From a virus: a DNA stretch of 64,000 nucleotides. Below, piece after piece: positions 60,661 to 64,000 of this stretch. The position numbers were made by a program, and so were the translations under genes. The stretch is taken from the IMG/VR virus record IMGVR_UViG_3300008117_004020, positions 54,148 through 118,147 of that record; one strand, given 5' to 3'. The notes under the pieces were generated by a model that was not told the DNA's origin, made no database searches, and saw only the letters and a list, made by a program, of their open reading frames with translations. How positions within the stretch are numbered: the first letter of the stretch is position 1; every line of letters starts with the position of its first letter.

Positions 60661-61845
60661 TTAAGGACAAGGAGATCCATTAGGTGAAGCTAATACATTA
60701 GGATCGCTTCCTATGATACTACCAGGAACTGCACAAATAGTATCTGTAGCACCAGCTGTTATTAAAATAGTTCCGCTTGGAGCACCAAGACAGTTTGTAT
60801 AAGTGTAACTAGCTGCAGGTTCTCCAGGAAGAACATCATAAAATACGTTATAACCAATACAAGCAATTGTTGTAGTGGTAGTTGTACTACTAGTTGTAGT
60901 AGTGCTAGTAGTGCTAGTAGTTGTACTAGTTGATGTTGTAGTTGAAGTTGTGCTGGTAGTAGTACTAGTACTAGTCGTAGTTGTCGTACTGCTAGTAGTC
61001 GTTGTTGTGTCATTTACAAGTTCTATAGTTCCTGTAATTTCACAAGGATTTAGTGTAGTACTTGTAGTGGTTGTTGTAGGAAATGATATTTCAAAATCAA
61101 AATCACACAATGGACCATCACACACCACTTGAGTGTTTGTTATTATAATACCAGGTATTGGTATTACAGGAACAAAATCATCACATCCACATACTTCTAG
61201 CGTTTCTCCAGCTAGAATAGTTAATACAGCATCGTAACTACCATTTGCGCTACATCCTGTATAATTTCTAATCCATGTGTTGTTAGTGTTATTAACTACT
61301 GTAAAAATATTACAGGTACACTCGTACACATCATCACACGCATCATCAGATAATTGATTAATCTCAATGCCTTGTATTGGAGATAACAACTCAATATCTG
61401 AACATCCACATACCACCTTGCGTTGGTTAGGATATACAGTTACAGTTAATTGTGAGTTTTGATCGCCATCACATCCTGTATAAGTGCGGGTAAACTCGTT
61501 ATTTGTTAAGTTGATTATCTCATATGTATGACAAATACATACATTGTTAATATTACAATCAGGATCATTAGTAGCGTCCTCAATTAAGATTCCCGCAGGA
61601 ATATTAGAAGGAACTAGATTAATACATCCTGTAAATACTTTTGATACCCCATCCTCAACCACAGCTGTAACCAATGTGTTAGTACCATCTTGATTACATT
61701 TGAAATAGTTACGCGTCCAAGTAGATCCTGATGTATTTGTAATTCTATAACAAGAACACTCACAATTACATCTATCTGTTAATTCCTCTAAAATATCAGC
61801 AATTACAGTACATACATTATCATCAGGATTAATATTTTCAGACAT
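60661..61845 (-). CDS. Cys-rich, poly-Thr surface protein (possibly the continuation of 61803-61997)
   Basis: Three tandem Cys modules, a long T/S tract and a terminal Cys module. Confidence 0.75.
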   Translation of the reverse strand: MSENINPDDNVCTVIADILEELTDRCNCECSCYRITNTSGSTWTRNYFKCNQDGTNTLVTAVVEDGVSKVFTGCINLVPSNIPAGILIEDATNDPDCNINNVCICHTYEIINLTNNEFTRTYTGCDGDQNSQLTVTVYPNQRKVVCGCSDIELLSPIQGIEINQLSDDACDDVYECTCNIFTVVNNTNNTWIRNYTGCSANGSYDAVLTILAGETLEVCGCDDFVPVIPIPGIIITNTQVVCDGPLCDFDFEISFPTTTTTSTTLNPCEITGTIELVNDTTTTTSSTTTTTSTSTTTSTTSTTTSTSTTTSTTSTTTTSSTTTTTTIACIGYNVFYDVLPGEPAASYTYTNCLGAPSGTILITAGATDTICAVPGSIIGSDPNVLASPNGSPCP

Positions 61846-61997
61846 GGTATATTAGGAGGTTGAATGCAGCATAAATCAAAATATTCCCCCTCACATGGAT
61901 CAACAGGTTTACAGGTGGTAAGATTAGTTACCCCTGGAGGTACGCAGCATGCGCATCCTTCTTTTTTTACCCCAGTTGTTTTGCAAGTACAAGACAT
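61803..61997 (-). CDS. Small Cys-rich ORF, probably the frameshifted N-terminus of the 60661-61845 protein
   Basis: MSCTC start like neighbouring genes; overlaps the next ORF by 43 nt; the joined sequence restores a domain shared with two neighbours. Confidence 0.5.
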   Translation of the reverse strand: MSCTCKTTGVKKEGCACCVPPGVTNLTTCKPVDPCEGEYFDLCCIQPPNIPCLKILILMIMYVL

Positions 61998-62012
61998 TTA
62001 CTTATATCAGAT

Positions 62013-62579
62013 TTATGTACAAGGTGGAAATGTAAAGTCACCCCCTAATGCTATAAACTCAGCATATGGAAATACAGGAAATGATACTGGAACACTTGAT
62101 GTGGCAGGAGCCTCAACTACCCCTGTTCCACCTCCACTAAAATACATAGTAGAAGCAATAGAAGGCAATGTTTTAAATGCAATATATAACACATCTCCTC
62201 TGTTACCATCGGATTTTAAACTCATACCAGTAATAGTAAATAAGCCAGCAAATGGAGTTTGATTTAATGCAGCTAATATATCTCCTGATGTTGAACCTGT
62301 ATTTATATTTGATAAAAAAGGATAATAAACATTATCAACTGTAATTCCTCCTATTTCTACATCATTATAAACAGGTGTGGGAGGATCTGGCACAGAACTA
62401 TTTTCAGACTCCCCAAATACTACCCCATAACATTCTATTGTTTCTACATTAGTTAAATTTAAACAATCATTTACAGAATCTAATTGTGCTGTATCTGTTG
62501 CAGCAATAAGAGTAGCTCCAGGAGGCAATACAAATTGCTCATTGGGTTGAAGCGTTACTGATTGATATGAACATGACAT
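62013..62579 (-). CDS. Hypothetical structural protein (188 aa)
   Basis: On the coding strand, tightly spaced, acidic and beta-rich. Confidence 0.7.
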   Translation of the reverse strand: MSCSYQSVTLQPNEQFVLPPGATLIAATDTAQLDSVNDCLNLTNVETIECYGVVFGESENSSVPDPPTPVYNDVEIGGITVDNVYYPFLSNINTGSTSGDILAALNQTPFAGLFTITGMSLKSDGNRGDVLYIAFKTLPSIASTMYFSGGGTGVVEAPATSSVPVSFPVFPYAEFIALGGDFTFPPCT

Positions 62580-62597
62580 ATTATAAGTATTTTAAAT

Positions 62598-63887
62598 TTA
62601 TGTAATTGGAGCTGCTGTAGTAGTGGTTGTTGTTGGACAAATTGTATAAACAATTGTATTTTCAGAATCACTAGTATTAGTAATTACACAACAATCTGGA
62701 GCAACAGGAGGAACTGTAGTGCTAAAGCACTTAATACATGTTGTATCTCCATTAGTCAAACACAAATCTGATGTTATAGTCAATCCTGTGGTTGCATCAA
62801 GCGGTGACAATGAAAGATCAATTTCATAACCATTAGCAAGTACACCAGCATCCTCTAGAACATCTTCTCTTATTTTAATATATGTAAACCATTGAGCACC
62901 ATTACCATCAGTGAATAAGAATTTGTTTCCTAATGTTTCATCACAATCGTTAAATCCATTTGGAATACTTGTCTTAGGAAGGAAGAAGAACAATAATGTT
63001 TCTTCATCAAGCGCCTTAACATCAAATCCAAACATAATATCATCACATGTAATCTTGCAACAGTTATCCTGAATAGCTTTAACAGCCCCTCTTAAATCAC
63101 AAATAGCCAACCACATTTTATCCAATGTTTCAGCAATATTTGTAGAAACCCCAGTCCAAAGATCAGTAGTGGGGTCAGTGAGTTTTTTTACAGGAAGAGT
63201 GCATTCTTTATCTATTACATCTAGCAAATCACCAGTTCCACCTAATGTTTCTTTTAGTGTACAATAATCTTGCTCAATACTTTCAACCGCTTCATCAATA
63301 GGTTTAACTCCTGGAGTGATACATGTTAACGTAACAGTGGTGCCTCCCTCATTTTCTAATGCAGTGATCCTGTCATCATGATCTATTAATGTATTATTAA
63401 TATTTGTAATATCACTATTAAGTCCTGCCACCTCATTAATTAGAATACACAACTTTTGTGCAATCTTCTGAACATACTGACTAATGGTTACATCTTTTGT
63501 AATATCACCATTTCCATCAGTAAAATCAGGATAGAAACATGTAGCTATTCTGATTAAAGTTTCATCTGTAGACCCACCTGTAAGTTGAGCAATCATTTCC
63601 TCAAGTGTACACACCTTGTCAATCAACAGCTGTAATACCACTTTAAGAGTTTTTTCAGGATCTGGGCATAATGCGCAGTTATCTATGATACATTTTAAAT
63701 CTAAATCACTTAGATTTAATTGTTCTTTCAAATCACAGATTTCTTCTGCTAATCTATAAATCACCTCAGACACACTATCTCCCTTGCAAAGATTAATGCA
63801 TGATATATCAGGACCCTGCCACACTATACAATTAGATGAGACAGGAGAACAGTTTTCCTTATTTAAATTTGAATTTGTAGGAATCAT
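62598..63887 (-). CDS. Cys-rich coiled-coil structural (fiber-like) protein with a terminal Thr tract
   Basis: SSNCIVWQGPDISC domain; heptads LNSDITNINNTLIDHDDRITALEN; ends PTTTTTTAAPIT. Confidence 0.7.
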   Translation of the reverse strand: MIPTNSNLNKENCSPVSSNCIVWQGPDISCINLCKGDSVSEVIYRLAEEICDLKEQLNLSDLDLKCIIDNCALCPDPEKTLKVVLQLLIDKVCTLEEMIAQLTGGSTDETLIRIATCFYPDFTDGNGDITKDVTISQYVQKIAQKLCILINEVAGLNSDITNINNTLIDHDDRITALENEGGTTVTLTCITPGVKPIDEAVESIEQDYCTLKETLGGTGDLLDVIDKECTLPVKKLTDPTTDLWTGVSTNIAETLDKMWLAICDLRGAVKAIQDNCCKITCDDIMFGFDVKALDEETLLFFFLPKTSIPNGFNDCDETLGNKFLFTDGNGAQWFTYIKIREDVLEDAGVLANGYEIDLSLSPLDATTGLTITSDLCLTNGDTTCIKCFSTTVPPVAPDCCVITNTSDSENTIVYTICPTTTTTTAAPIT

Positions 63888-63975
63888 TTCATAATAGTTT
63901 AATCAAAATGATTGTAATATGTTGATAATCAAATGATTATAAAAAATAATAGAAAAATACTAAGCAAAACACTCT

Positions 63976-64000
63976 ATATATATAATATACAAAATTTTTA
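63976..64000 (-). promoter_or_regulatory. Putative phage late promoter core (upstream half outside the window)
   Basis: 63981-64000 is identical to 54631-54650. Confidence 0.65.

Noticed and set aside
55380-61080. GTA/GTT/GTG-rich tracts as microsatellite phase-variation loci or CRISPR-like arrays
   Set aside because: Codons are mixed with no perfect repeat unit and no repeat-spacer structure; they encode poly-Thr/Ser.
60231-61132. Val-rich plus-strand ORFs (60231-60500, 60875-61132) as membrane proteins
   Set aside because: They are the antisense reading of Thr codon tracts.
4720-62262. The many short ORFs antisense to or nested in long genes, including 61864-62262 (+)
   Set aside because: They overlap well-supported genes, have no recognisable motifs and are expected shadow frames.
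1-64000. Stop-codon reassignment, known in some crAss-like phages
   Set aside because: Genes up to 2813 aa are intact and tightly packed under code 11.
1-64000. tRNA genes, diversity-generating retroelement, integrase or transposase
   Set aside because: Intergenic gaps are short with no cloverleaf seen, and no reverse transcriptase or recombinase motifs were found by eye.

Overview
This 64 kb window is a fragment of an AT-rich, crAss-like (Crassvirales-type) phage genome, most likely infecting Bacteroidota (A-rich leaders without Shine-Dalgarno sites; standard code 11). Bases 1-3.9 kb (+) are the end of a replication block: family B DNA polymerase, DUF932-like protein, dNMP kinase and a NUMOD1-like protein, closed by a terminator. 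Bases 3.96-64 kb (-) are the virion block. It holds three giant ejected proteins (the middle one is the virion RNA polymerase, motif DFDYD), further cargo proteins with peptidoglycan hydrolases, the tail muzzle and ring proteins, an IHF-like protein, a metallophosphoesterase, three glycosyltransferases, two Ig/papain-protease paralogs and a run of Cys-rich, poly-Thr surface proteins. The best candidates for undescribed systems are: (1) a protein O-glycosylation cassette, including a plant HPAT/SGT1-like transferase, next to seven proteins with mucin-like Thr tracts; (2) three nearly Cys-free giant ejection proteins whose cysteines sit at the termini that meet in gene order, suggesting a head-to-tail linked chain; (3) three adjacent cargo genes punctuated by a recurring aromatic/Met-x-x-G-G motif, one a multi-module polyprotein with a possible caspase-fold protease. 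A bipartite late-promoter motif with fixed spacing is also visible. All family calls come from reading motifs by eye; no database searches were run, and domain boundaries are approximate.
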